A program made the position numbers and the translations under genes. From contig JBHGNT010000006.1 of the NCBI GenBank assembly GCA_043228905.1, forward strand, positions 5,022,001 through 5,086,000: a stretch of 64,000 nt of DNA, read 5' to 3'. A model generated the notes under the pieces. That model was not told the origin of the DNA. It worked only from the letters and a program-made list of their open reading frames with translations, and did not search any database. This document shows, piece by piece, positions 1-12,270 of the stretch (the first letter of the stretch is position 1; every line of letters begins with the position of its first letter). The DNA comes from Azolla caroliniana (Eukaryota > Plantae > Polypodiophyta).

Positions 1-687
1 ATACAGTAATTGCTAGGTCTCCGACAAGCTCACAACATACACGTATCAAACCTACGAGTTTGTGTGACCTCTACTGATTCCACATAATTTGTGGAAATCT
101 GACAGATCAGTATGACAGGAGCTGCATGACCAATAGATACAGTCCCGTGTTATATATATATATATATATATGGGGCTCGCCGATAGAATGGATTAGTTGG
201 TGCTACAAGGAATTACTAGAAGCTGGCCATGGCATGGCGGGTGCAAGGTGGGATAAAGCATTCTATTGCAGCCACTGGCAGAGATTAGATTGTTGTGGGA
301 GCATGGAGATCAATGCATGCATGCATGTATGTATGTATGTATGTATGTATGTATGTGTGGGTATAATATAACAATATATGGAAACACAGAGACAGAGACA
401 GAGAGCTCATGATCAACATGTTGCTATTAGTGTCAATTCATAAGCAATAGATTCTCTTCTTACACATGGGTAACTGCTAAGCCGTGATCAGATTGCACTT
501 CTACCATTAATATGCCCCGTTGACACATGGACATGCACATGCACACTAACACTAAACCACATACACCGAAACAGAGGAAACAGAGACACAAAAGCAGTGA
601 AAGATCAGATGTGCAGAGATGTATTCAGAATGATTGTATGTATGTATGTATGTATGTATGTATGTATATGTGTGGGAGTGTGTGTAC

Positions 688-3213
688 CTCTTCCACCATT
701 CCAATCAAGCGTAGCTTCCTCATCTGGAGCTGATACCTCTCATCTGCAGGTAGCTGCTTGGGCGGTGTGATGGGCGGGGAGGCGCCGCTCTGCTGATCTC
801 CCGCGGTGCTCTGCGGATGGCTCGTGGTGCTCGCATTCCCGTGATCCGAAGCCGAAGTGGCCGCCGTGGGCAGGGCATCGTTCATGCCATAGCTCGAAGA
901 TCCCCCCACGTTCTGTGCCGCCCCCGCAGTTGTGCTCATGGTGGCCGTTCCGGCATCATTATTGCTGGTATTGGCGGCCGCTGCAGCCGCCATGGAGGAG
1001 GAGGAGTTTGATGATTTCCAAAGATTCGGGAGCACATCCCTCCCCACATTGCAGAACTCGTCCAGAAGCTGCTGCGCGGCTTTCAAGTATTTGGAATTAC
1101 GAAGCGCCCCTACCGATGACCCTACAGATTTTTTAGAACAGACAAAAATATATCCATTGAAAATATTCATCATTGGAGATTTAGCATATGAGCAAGGTAA
1201 GCATTTCAAAAAAAGAAAACATTTCAGACAGATCCATATAGTTCTATGTGCTGGAAATTTACCGGAGCGAGAGTATCGGCTTTCGTGGGTTAAGCTAGCA
1301 CCGCCCGTACTGCCACCCATACTGGCCATTCCGCCGCTGCCCCCTCCAAGTATATTCGCTGAGCGATGTGTCGGTGATTGAATGAACAGGGACAAGCTTC
1401 CCGACGCGCCTTGAGCCTGTCCCACCCCCGATTGTTGCGTAGCATAATGCTGTAATTGATTGTGATGATGGTGATGATATGTGTCAGTTGCCGCCGACCG
1501 GAGATTATTGAGATGAACGGGAATCGCAGACGGGTAACTACTCATATGGCCTCCGCCCAAATGATGGATGTCTGCTTCTTGTGCCATGAACAAATTGTCA
1601 AGGGCAGTAGAGTTTGAAGCATTGGCATTCATCATGCTCATCTGGCTGTCCAAATGGGCGTGGCCCTGTTGCAAGCTGGAGATGGTCCATGAGGCATGGG
1701 GATGATGCAGCCCAGGGACTTGTTGTGGGTCATGATCATCCCGGGACGGGAGCGTAGTTTGTCCACCGCCCAGCGGGTGCTGGTGCTGGTGCTGGCCATG
1801 GCCGGGGCCGGTGGTGGTGGTCATCATGCTGTGGAAGGGAGGGGGGGTATGTGGGACATTGTCATGAAGGGAGCTCGCATTAATCATGAGGAGAGAATTA
1901 GGGTTAAGGTTAGAGTGGCCATGGGGTTGGTTTGTGTTGATATCTAGATGGGCCTTGATGCCCATGTTAGTATGCATGATCGGGTTGTGGGCAGGGGCAC
2001 GGCGGTGATGGTGATGGTGGTGCATCGCGAGGTCGGCGGCAGCCCTAGACGCGGCCGCCTCGTGCGCATTCACATTGAGGCCGGACGAGGAGTTCGTGCT
2101 CTCGACACGTGGCAGCAAAAGAAGCTCATGGAGATGGGAGGAGGTGGAGGAGGCTCCGGCGCCATTGCCGGCCGATGAGGCGGCACCCGCACCCGCACCC
2201 GCACCCGCACCCGCGCTACTGAGCTGCATCGTGCCCCAGTCCACAAGCAATTGCTGCTGCTGCGTACTGGTGGAGCTGGGTGTAGTAGTCCCAGTAGTGG
2301 TGGAGCTCTTGTTATTGTTGGCATTGCCCTGTTCCTCCGATCTCGAGTTGCTACTACTGTTCATGCCCATGTAGTTCATCCCCCCCGCCGGCTGGCTTAT
2401 CCTTAATATCTCCATATCCGAGTAGTTACTGCTAAACTGTGCTGCTGCCCTTCCGCTCCCATCCATTAACCTCGAGGAGGAGGCGGAGTTGTTGTTATTG
2501 TCGTTACTGTAGTTGCTGAAATTGCTTGTTATAGGCATGAAATCGTTCATGCTGTGATGGTGATCCTGCCCCGCATTCGAACCCAGGTGCATTAGGCTGG
2601 AGTGGACTGAATGATTAGCACCCTGATTACCTGAGCCTTCTTGTTTCTGTGCCATGGTCGCGGCTAATGCCGCGCTGTAATTAGCATAATCACTGTAATC
2701 ACCGCCGCTAATGTAGAGAGGGTTAGGGTTAGGGGTAGTGGTAAGGAGTTGAGATGAGAATGGCACAGAACTATTAGTATTGTTATGTTTGGTAGGGTTG
2801 AGATTGCTTAATGAGCTAAAGTTAGGGTTAGAGTTAGGACTAGGGTTAGGCTTAGCGGATGACGACATGGTGTAAATGCTCTGCGACCTGTTTTCAGTTA
2901 ATGGAGCGTGATTTATCAGCTGCTGCTCTTTAATTGTAATCTTCCTCTCGTTGTTCTTCTTCAACGCCACCTGATCGTTGTTAGAGGGGCTTTCCACCCG
3001 TCTTAATACAGGATTAAGTCGATGGTAATCCTGATCAGCGGTACCTACATGCGTACAAGGGCTGTAATAATTCCGATTGCACCCACCATGATGGTGATTA
3101 GCAACCCTGCTTGCTAATCCACATAAATTAGGAGCCGCAGAAGACGTAGGGCCCGCTGTAATTAATGATCCCAGCTCCATCATAAGCACGCGGCTTCCTT
3201 TTGAACATAACAT
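688..3213 (-). CDS. BLH: BEL1-like homeodomain (BLH/TALE) transcription factor, 5' part; exons 3213(or 3183)-1263 and 1121-688; homeodomain exons lie beyond the left edge
   Basis: SKY box SKYLKAAQQLLDEFCNVG and BELL-domain start ERYQLQMRKLRLIGMVEE, followed by GT donor at 687 (the usual BLH intron position); GT-AG intron 1262-1122; ZIBEL-like GSLSLF; long H/Q/N/S-rich N-terminus. Start codon uncertain. Confidence 0.9.
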
Positions 3214-3563
3214 TAATCATGCTGATTAGCAGGAAGATGAACATGCTGAAGAACTACAACACAGGGGGAACTAGGTTTAGGGCAATTAGCTGTAGGCACT
3301 GATATGTATGTTTAGATGTTTTTGGTGATTAGCGGAGCTCAAGACGCGATTAGTGGGCAGCAAGCCAGCATGGTGATTTAGAGGAGAATTAACGTCAGTC
3401 TTTTATCTTTGCGGGAGTAGGGCTGGTGTGATTTCATGAGTTATAGAAGTGTAGTTTCTGTTTGATTTTAATTCTGCGGCAGCAGCTGCTAATCACGGCA
3501 TTAAGATTAGCCTCTCCTGCTACTGTTACTGTTACTGCTCCTGCTCCTCCTCCTCCTACTGCT

Positions 3564-3894
3564 CTGCAGAAATAATGAATCAATCATCAAGGAGATGAAG
3601 CAGAGGAAGAATTATATGTAGCAAAATCTTTCATAACGTTGAGCCTGAATCTATTAGGATACATACAAACGCATGAATAGATAGATAGATCGATTCGATT
3701 AGGAGAGAAAGAAGCAAGAATCGGTGAGTGGTACAGGAAGAAAGAAAGAAAAGCAAAGAAAAGAAGAAATCAGAAAGCCCAGAAGATAAACTATTGGGGG
3801 GGGTGTATATTAATTAAGAGAAACTATTAATCGCAGGAGCTATAATTTATAAACCCATTAGAATTTCTGTAATCAGGAAATGGAAAATGCTTAC
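3564..3894 (-). other. Putative 5' UTR intron of the BLH gene
   Basis: Minus-strand donor A|GTAAGC at 3894, T-rich body, acceptor TTTCTGCAG at 3564; no transcript evidence. Confidence 0.4.
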
Positions 3895-4064
3895 TCTGGA
3901 ATCTGGATTGTGGAAGAAGGGAAGGGGGGGGTTATAAATTTTGTTCTGTTTGGTTTGTTTTAACATGCCCCCAAAAAATTAATATATAGAAAATGGGAGG
4001 AGTCTAAGGAATTGAAATTGATTTGTGTTATGAAAATGCAGCGGCGCTGAGTGCAGAGAAATAA

Positions 4065-4407
4065 TCCACACACACACACAAGGAAAGCAAACAGCTAAAC
4101 TCTGCATCTGTCTCTGCCCCTGTTATTATTATTATTATTATTATGATTATTATGATTATGATTATTATGATTTCTTCCTTCTTTTATTGGAATCTGAGAG
4201 AAGAGGGCCCAAAAAAAAAAAAAAAAAAAAAGTAAGAAGAAGAAAATAAAAAAACCAAAAAATAAATTAATCAGAACATTTTTCCTTATATAATTCTGCT
4301 TTCTTTTTCTTTCTTTTTTGATTTGTGTTTGTTCTGCTGATTGATTCAACAATTCTCTTTTAACATTTTTCTTTTTTTGCCTCTCTTTTTTATTTTCTGG
4401 TTCCAAT

Positions 4408-4438
<31 letters not shown>

Positions 4439-4451
4439 TTGTGTTTCTTTG

Positions 4452-4482
<31 letters not shown>

Positions 4483-4716
4483 TCGAAAATTTCCTGCGAG
4501 TTGCATATATTTATGTATACACACATACATATGGTATGGTATGGTATGGTATGTGTGCATAGAGACAGAGACAGAGACAGAGACAGAGAGACACAGAGAA
4601 ACAGAGGGCGTACGGTCTGCGCCGATCATTCACTCAGTCTCAGGAATCGCAACAAAGAAGAAGAAGAAGAAGAAGAAAGAAAGAAAGAAAGAATACAGAA
4701 GGGGGGATTATTCAGA

Positions 4717-4753
<37 letters not shown>

Positions 4754-4982
4754 AATTAAAGATCATTCATTTACTAATAAATAGAGATTCAGAAAGAAAG
4801 AACAGAGAAAGAAAGAAAGAACAGAGCTCCCAATAATAGCAGTTGATGCCACATTGTACATTCTAATTATCTCTCTGAAAATCAGCAACATAGAGGAGCA
4901 AGAGAGCAAGAGAGAGAGAGAGAACAGAGAAAGCCTTGAAATTAACACAATCGATAATGGGGCTTCTTCAATCACTACTTTA

Positions 4983-5028
<46 letters not shown>

Positions 5029-5521
5029 ACAACACACACACACATGCAGAATCACAGTCTGCATACTTTTTTTGGGGGGGAGCTGAATGAACTCTGTAGC
5101 CCGAATTAATTGGTAATGAATGGATCCACAAAGGAATGGCTTCCCAATTCTGATGCGATATGAGATTTTAAATAAGGGATTGCTCTGATGAGGATGTAGG
5201 AGACACTCACACTCATTGGTTTTTCTAGGGGGGGGGGGAGCTTTGGGTGGGGGTGAGTTGAAAGCTCAAATGGAAGAAGAGAGAGAAAGGGAATTGGGGG
5301 GGGGCTATGTATTATTATAACAAAAAAAGAGAATTAGCATGAAAAAAGGCAGAGAGAGAGAGAGAGGGATCATTCCTGCACAGGGAAGAAAAGAAACACC
5401 TTTTTTGTGTTTTGTCTCTTTTTGGTTCACTTGGGATTTTGATTAATCGGATGATCAGAAGAAAAAGAAAGATGCTTGACTAATCATCATCGTCATGGCG
5501 ACAGCCGCATATGATCTATAT

Positions 5522-5575
<54 letters not shown>

Positions 5576-5900
5576 AGATATGGGGGATTTTCGACTGATG
5601 ATCAAACTAAAGAGCTCAGAGGTTTTTCATTAAGCAAGCAAATAGAATTTTTTTTTTATTTAAAAAAAAACCATATTATCCATGTACCCCTTACCTTTGC
5701 AGTGAGTGAGGTTATATTAAACAAAAGAATACAAAACTTAAGTTGGGATTATGTGTCCTGACTTCCTTCTTCTTCTTCTTCTTTTTATCTCTAATCTGAT
5801 TCTGCTTCTGCTTCTGCTTCTTATATGAAGCTGAATGATGATGGTGATGGTGATAATGATAATGATAATTATAATGAGGAGGAGGAGGAGGAGGAGGATT
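4065..5900. repeat. Microsatellite-dense BLH promoter/5' region: (GA)n, (TA)n, (ATT)n, (GAA)n, (GAGACA)n
   Basis: Simple repeats read directly, e.g. 4408-4434, 4718-4750, 4987-5026, 5534-5573. Confidence 0.9.
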
Positions 5901-5904
5901 CCTA

Positions 5905-6004
5905 NNNNNNNNNNNNNNNNNNNNNNNNNNNNNNNNNNNNNNNNNNNNNNNNNNNNNNNNNNNNNNNNNNNNNNNNNNNNNNNNNNNNNNNNNNNNNNNN
6001 NNNN
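5905..6004. other. Assembly gap (100 N)
   Basis: Run of 100 n; true distance across it unknown. Confidence 1.
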
Positions 6005-7564
6005 AAGACCATTGAAACACCACGTTGTTCCTTCATTGTTATGATTGCCATTTATTATTGGTCTCACTCCACTCCTTTTCGTTTGATCCCTTCCTACTAC
6101 ATATGTACATATATGTATTGCCAACCCCCCCCCCTAAAAAAAGAGTGAAACAAACAACCGGATGTTGTACGTGCCTATAAACAGTCTAGTCTGGGCAAAC
6201 ATTGGGTCATGATCGATAGGATTCGACAGAGACCAAATATGACTCTTCTCCGGGGCCTCTCTCGCGAGTCCGATCACGCAGGTGACCTCTTGCATGACTT
6301 CCTCCTGCTCTCTTGCTTTACTCATTTGTCATCAATGCCTTCCACACATTCTGCTAGACATGATCGAAGAAGAGGAGCTCACCTACGGATATACATGCCT
6401 TCCTTGGCGACATGTTTTGTCAATGTTTAGAATCTTCTATATAACGATAGTAGAATTGTTTATCGCAACTCATCGTTCATCAAGGATAGATGGTTAAAAC
6501 TTTTCTCCTTAAAAACCATGGGCCCTACCCCCAACCGATAATGTGCCCCCTCCCCCCCTTTTTTTTTACTTTTGCTTTATCACCTTAGTAGAAAGGAAAA
6601 TCAAAAAGGCAACACATCTCTTCAACAGAACTCGCGCAGCTACCAATACTACGTGTCCTCTTAAGCTGGTGGGACAACGTCCCAAATGTGAGTGCAAGGA
6701 AAAGCAAGCACTTGCAAGTATGGGAAAAAGACCTCTTCGACACACTATAATTGCGAGACAAGGAACCCACAAAATTAATAGCAATACTCAATAGGGGGGG
6801 AGAGGAGAAATATTATTTTCCAAAAGACTAGAGCTGGTACACATAGAACCTAGGTACATACATTAACATATACGATGAATATGAGTGTTGACGCATATGC
6901 ATAGTGAAAAGAAACTACACAGGTAAGATGTGAGATGTTTCCTAGGCATCTCACAACCGTGTCGGATGGCACACCCCCTCTTATTTATGTTTGCCTATCG
7001 CATTCATACATGCAACGAGGCAACGTATGTAGCCACACTAGCAAGGCTACTGGCAAGTCAACAAACAAGAAGGACATAATTTTCTAGAATGTAGGGGGGT
7101 TAACTGGAAAATTGAGCTCGAGGGGGTGAGAAGGGGAGGCCATTTTAGGACACCTGAAATATCTTTCAATTTTGGGGCTTCCCAAAAAATTTCCATGACA
7201 TTATTACATGTACTTGATGGGAGTCCATCAAAATTTCTATCCCTTTCTATTTGGATTTCACACCACATATATGAGTGCCTAAGCAATGCTCACGAAACCA
7301 CACAACGCAATCGATGTATAAAGTTTAGAGGAACCCGTGATGTTAGCATGTATGTATATAAAAGCCTTTATTAGCATAGCAATAAAATTTATACTTTTCT
7401 TTATTCGAGTGAGCGTAATATTTATCGTGGACAAATCTATCACATTTTATTCCATGGTTAACCCTTGGAAACTAAATGGAGATGAAAGGAGTTTATTACA
7501 TAACCTCGAAGATTACGATCAACATTTGATAGCACACACATATAACGACAGCAGAGAGAGAGAG

Positions 7565-7606
<42 letters not shown>

Positions 7607-8889
7607 CTTCAATGTAGTAAGGCATCGAAGTTGTGATTAGGCGCCATCTCTCTCTCTAATCCTTGAATTTTATAAAGATATGTTTGCTAGTTCCCCTTAC
7701 AGCCCATCGCCTTTGATAGAAAAGTAGCCCAAGTTTCCTGCCAATAAGATTTTCTAAATTGTGATTCAAAAATTGCCCAAAATTATTTTTATTAGTTGGT
7801 AAAGGTATCTCAAGGGGAAAATTTATGACTCACAATTGCATACAAAATATCTTCCATAAGTGGGAACATGCTATTATAAAGAGATATTGATGTGTGGTTA
7901 GAGTTGGGAAAACCGACCAATTGATCGTTTACACTTTCTTGTGCAACGTTTGAAAATGTAGACTAAAACCTTACTTGCATATGTATTTTTTGTCGTTGCT
8001 CGATACTTCTACATTTGATCTAATTGCCATGTAATAGATGGCGTTTCAATGCAAGAACTGTGTAAATATACGTTGTTAAATGCGATAGAGTGTATGGCAT
8101 TTTAATAAGGATGAGTATTATTACATGTTTGGCTATTGATCTCTCTAATGAGAGAGAGTATCATGCATTAGCCATCTATTATACCATGTGCTTTCAAAGC
8201 GAATTAAAAATAAAAACCCTTTATTTTTGGATATAAATAAATAAATATATATTAAAAACCTTAAGATGTGGATTTTTCATGGGGTAAAAACTATGCCCTT
8301 TACTATTGAATATGTGCACATGTTTGTCACACTGAAAACCACTTCGATTGAAAGTCATGTCTTAAGATTATAATATTAAGAGCGCCCCTTCCCCATCCCC
8401 CACCCCCCAAAATCAAAGATGCGGTAGTCCAGCCAAGTTCAATTGTCCCCAACTAAGAGCGATATAATAGGAAATCGGGTGTCCCAAATGCGTTTCTTGC
8501 AATTGGTTCTGTGTTATGTGGATTTTGCAATGCTAGATAGGTGCGAACGGGGACCCCTACCTAGGCCACAATCCATATGCATCATCATGTATGATGAATT
8601 ACTCGTTAATAGCACGTAGGCTTTTGTCAATTCATTTACATTGAATTTGTCACATTTGTGATTTAATTTGGGAATGTTGGCCGAGGCAATGAAGTGATTA
8701 CCCTTGAACATAATTAGCGAGCACGAGTAGGTGTGAGATCATCTTCCTAGGAAAAAAAAAGCGTTGTGTGTTGTGTCTGTGGGTGCCACAAAAGTGTAGG
8801 AAGTGTTATCGTTCCAGTCTATGCATGTGAACAGGGGAGGGTAGCTATAGGGCCAAAATGCGTCTAGGAAAGCGAGATGTGGCTAATGT

Positions 8890-9076
8890 TAGAGATATAT
8901 ATATATGATGAGTATTAAATGTTGATGGCATTCTTACACAGCAAAGAGGGGCATAATATGACAACAAAAATAATGATGCATAATATATATATATACAAGA
9001 AAGACAGTGTGGAAAGGTATTGGTTTCATGTTGTGTTGACCCTAAGAGAGGAAAGGGGTGGGAGGGAGAGAGAGAT

Positions 9077-9110
<34 letters not shown>

Positions 9111-10858
9111 TGTGTGTGTGTGTGTAATATGAATATTATGGAAGGGTTCCAAGTAAAACCCAAAGGTAAAATAAGAGAGCGGCCTTCATGTACAAAGGTG
9201 CAGCAATTGTGTATTATATGCATGCATGCATGCATGTATGTATGTATGTATGTATGTATGTATGTATGTGTTTAGAGAGGGTCAAGAGAGAGGAGAGAGA
9301 GAGAGAGAAAGATCTATGTTAGTACCATCAAGCTTACAATACACGAATTTAATGGTCGATAATAAAAAAAGATGATAAATAGTTAATAATCTTTTCTTTT
9401 TTTCTACAGTGAGAGATAAATAAGACATGACAATCAAAAGTCAGAGACAGGACAGAGGAGAGAGAGGAGAGAGAGAGAGAGAGAGAGAGTGAGAGGTGAT
9501 GTACTTTTTTTGACCCTGGAGATAAGGAAGGAAGAAATGAATGGGGGAGAAAATGCCCCCCCCCCCCCCCCCAACCTTAAGTATTACCATGATATTCTAA
9601 TTCCTGTCGAATATTATTACATAAATATATCTTCTAATTTGTTCATAAGTGCTTGTTTCTCTTTTCCTTCTTCTGGAATCTCATCCATCCTCTAGGAAGT
9701 GATCCATGAAACCATGCATCATCCATCATCGCATTTGCATCGCAGCATCGGACAGACCAAATCATGCGAAATTAGTCGGGACTTGAGATTAATGGGAATG
9801 TAATGCCACTCGAATCAAGAGGTCATAGAAAGAGATAGAAGTAAAATGATGGGCGTGAGAGAGTAACGATAATACTAATACTAACTAAAAATGCTCGGGC
9901 TTTTTTTTTGCCCTTACTTTTGGTATTGTGTGTGTGTGTGTACGTATAACAGTTCGGTAGAAAGTTTAGGTCGTTTCTTTACGGTGTGTCCTCACTCATT
10001 TGTAAAAAACAAAACAAAACAAATAACCAATAAGAAAAACGAAGACGATTTCTGATCTTTTAAGAGACTATTTTTTAGGGGGGGGGGGGAGATTCGAATC
10101 CAAGAAGGATCAGAATGATGAAGAAAGAAAGAAAGAAGCGTAGAGAGACAGAGAGAGACAGAGGGCTGGAACAAAGCAGCCAATATCTACATATATGTAT
10201 ATATATAAATATATATACACACACCATTTAATAAAGAAAAAATAAATAGGAATTAATTATAATATAATGTCCGTACGTACAATGAATAAATCCTTCACAC
10301 CCCCCCCCCCCCCTCCCCCCAAAACCTTTTCTTCTTCAGAATTTGAGGAAAACTTCCCACCATGTACACATAAACATACTTCACTTCCTTACCCCCCTCC
10401 CCCCACACATACACACACATATACGAGTTACAACTTACAACACACAACATTGATTTTCTCTCTCTCTCTCTCTCTCTCTCGTAATATGTAGTTCAAGAAT
10501 ACCTATATGTATAGACCTATAACTGTTGTTCTTTATTTTGGGAGGAAGAAAGGGGGGGGGGGGGTGCAAAGTGAAGGAAGGAGAGACCGACACAACATAC
10601 ATACATAACAATTGTATTAAAAAAAGAGAGTAAATACATACATACATACATTACACACACCTATATATATAATATATATTAGGATAGTATTCATAATAGG
10701 GAGGGGAGGGGGGAGGGAGAGACCAACCTCTTCCTCCTCCCCCTTTTTACTTTATTGCTTTCTTCTTCTTTTCTTTCTCACATGTGTATGTTTGTTTTTT
10801 GTTTGTACACACTCCTCGCTCACTCACACTTTTTGTGGTCCAAACATATGCATACACA

Positions 10859-10889
<31 letters not shown>

Positions 10890-11270
10890 AAAAAAAAGGA
10901 GTTGTGAATTGTTCTGTATAGGGTGGTGGGTGCACACAAATTGGTTAACAATACTAGGGCTAAATAATACATCATATATATATATATACACTAATGGTGT
11001 GAAAAGTGCTACGTATAGTAATATTATTATTAATGTAGTTCTATTGGTTTCAGTATATAATATAATATCAAGATATAGTATGTAATGGAGATAGGTTTTC
11101 AAACACAATGTGGGATTGTTGAGGTTCTTTGAGGAGGAGGAGGAGGAGTAAACTAAGGTGGTGGTAAGTTGATAGAGATTGATTGCCTTCAATGAGATAT
11201 CAATATCATTGTCATCATAGTCCATGAAAAATTACACGCAGACAGACACACAAACACAAACACAAGGCCA

Positions 11271-11303
<33 letters not shown>

Positions 11304-11599
11304 GTATGTGTGTGTGTGAGCAGGTGGGGCTCCTCAGTTCGCCCTTTTCTTTGTTTTCCGCCTTCAAATGAATGAATAAATGTTGTGTGGGGAGGGAGGG
11401 AGGGGGGGGGGGGGGGGTGGCTATCTTTTCCCAGCTTTCTTGGCCACCTCCAAAAGTAGAAGGCTCTCTACTTTTGGCGGTTCCATGCATGCGATGGCTC
11501 AATTCACCCCCCAAATTTAACGCCACCCCAAGGCTCCTACGTTAAACCATAATTGCTGCTGAAAAAGACACATTATATTCACTCAACGTGACACACACA

Positions 11600-11650
<51 letters not shown>

Positions 11651-12270
11651 CTTCTCTTTCTGTTTTTTAAAAAAAAAAGAAAAAAAAAGAAAAAAAGGTA
11701 CACTTATAAATTCACAACCAGATGCTAGTAAATTCTTCAATTATGATATGATAATAAATAATGCCACACTCTTATTACCAAAAACCAAAAAAACATTTAA
11801 AAGAAAAACAAGTCCTTTATTACTATTATACATTATTCACATCTCACTTTCAATCTCTGCACTTTTTCTATAATATATATATATATATATATATAATTGT
11901 GTGGTTTTTTAGGTATTAGTTTTTTCCACTCTTCTTAAGACATTTGTGTGTGTATGTGTGTCTTTCTTCTTCAAGTTGCTCTTCCTTCGTACTCTCTCTC
12001 TCTCTCTCTCTCTCTCGTCCTTTTGGGGACTTCTCATGAGCCTTCCAAACGGTCCTCTAATTAAACCAAATTTACTATCTAATCCCAAACCAAAAGCTTC
12101 TTCCCACATTGCACAATGTGTGCAATGTGTGCACACACACATACCCACCCAATCACACTTGGTGGCCCGTTTCCTTTCGAGAATCTCTTCTCTCCCCGTG
12201 GGGGGACCCCCCCTTGAACCTTGGGAATCCCATTCCCCTACTACTACTACTACTACTACTACTCCTCTAC
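8890..12270. repeat. Second microsatellite/homopolymer-rich block: (GA)n, (CA)n, (TATG)n, poly-C/G
   Basis: Repeats at 9070-9125, 9220-9270, 9470-9488, 10860-10887, 11590-11646, 11873-11894. Confidence 0.85.

Noticed and set aside
2718-2856. TTAGGG-like telomeric hexamers
   Set aside because: They are the antisense of Asn-Pro codon repeats inside the BLH exon, not an interstitial telomere
11428-11445. miR396-like string TTCCCAGCTTTCTTGG
   Set aside because: Only a partial match and no complementary star arm nearby
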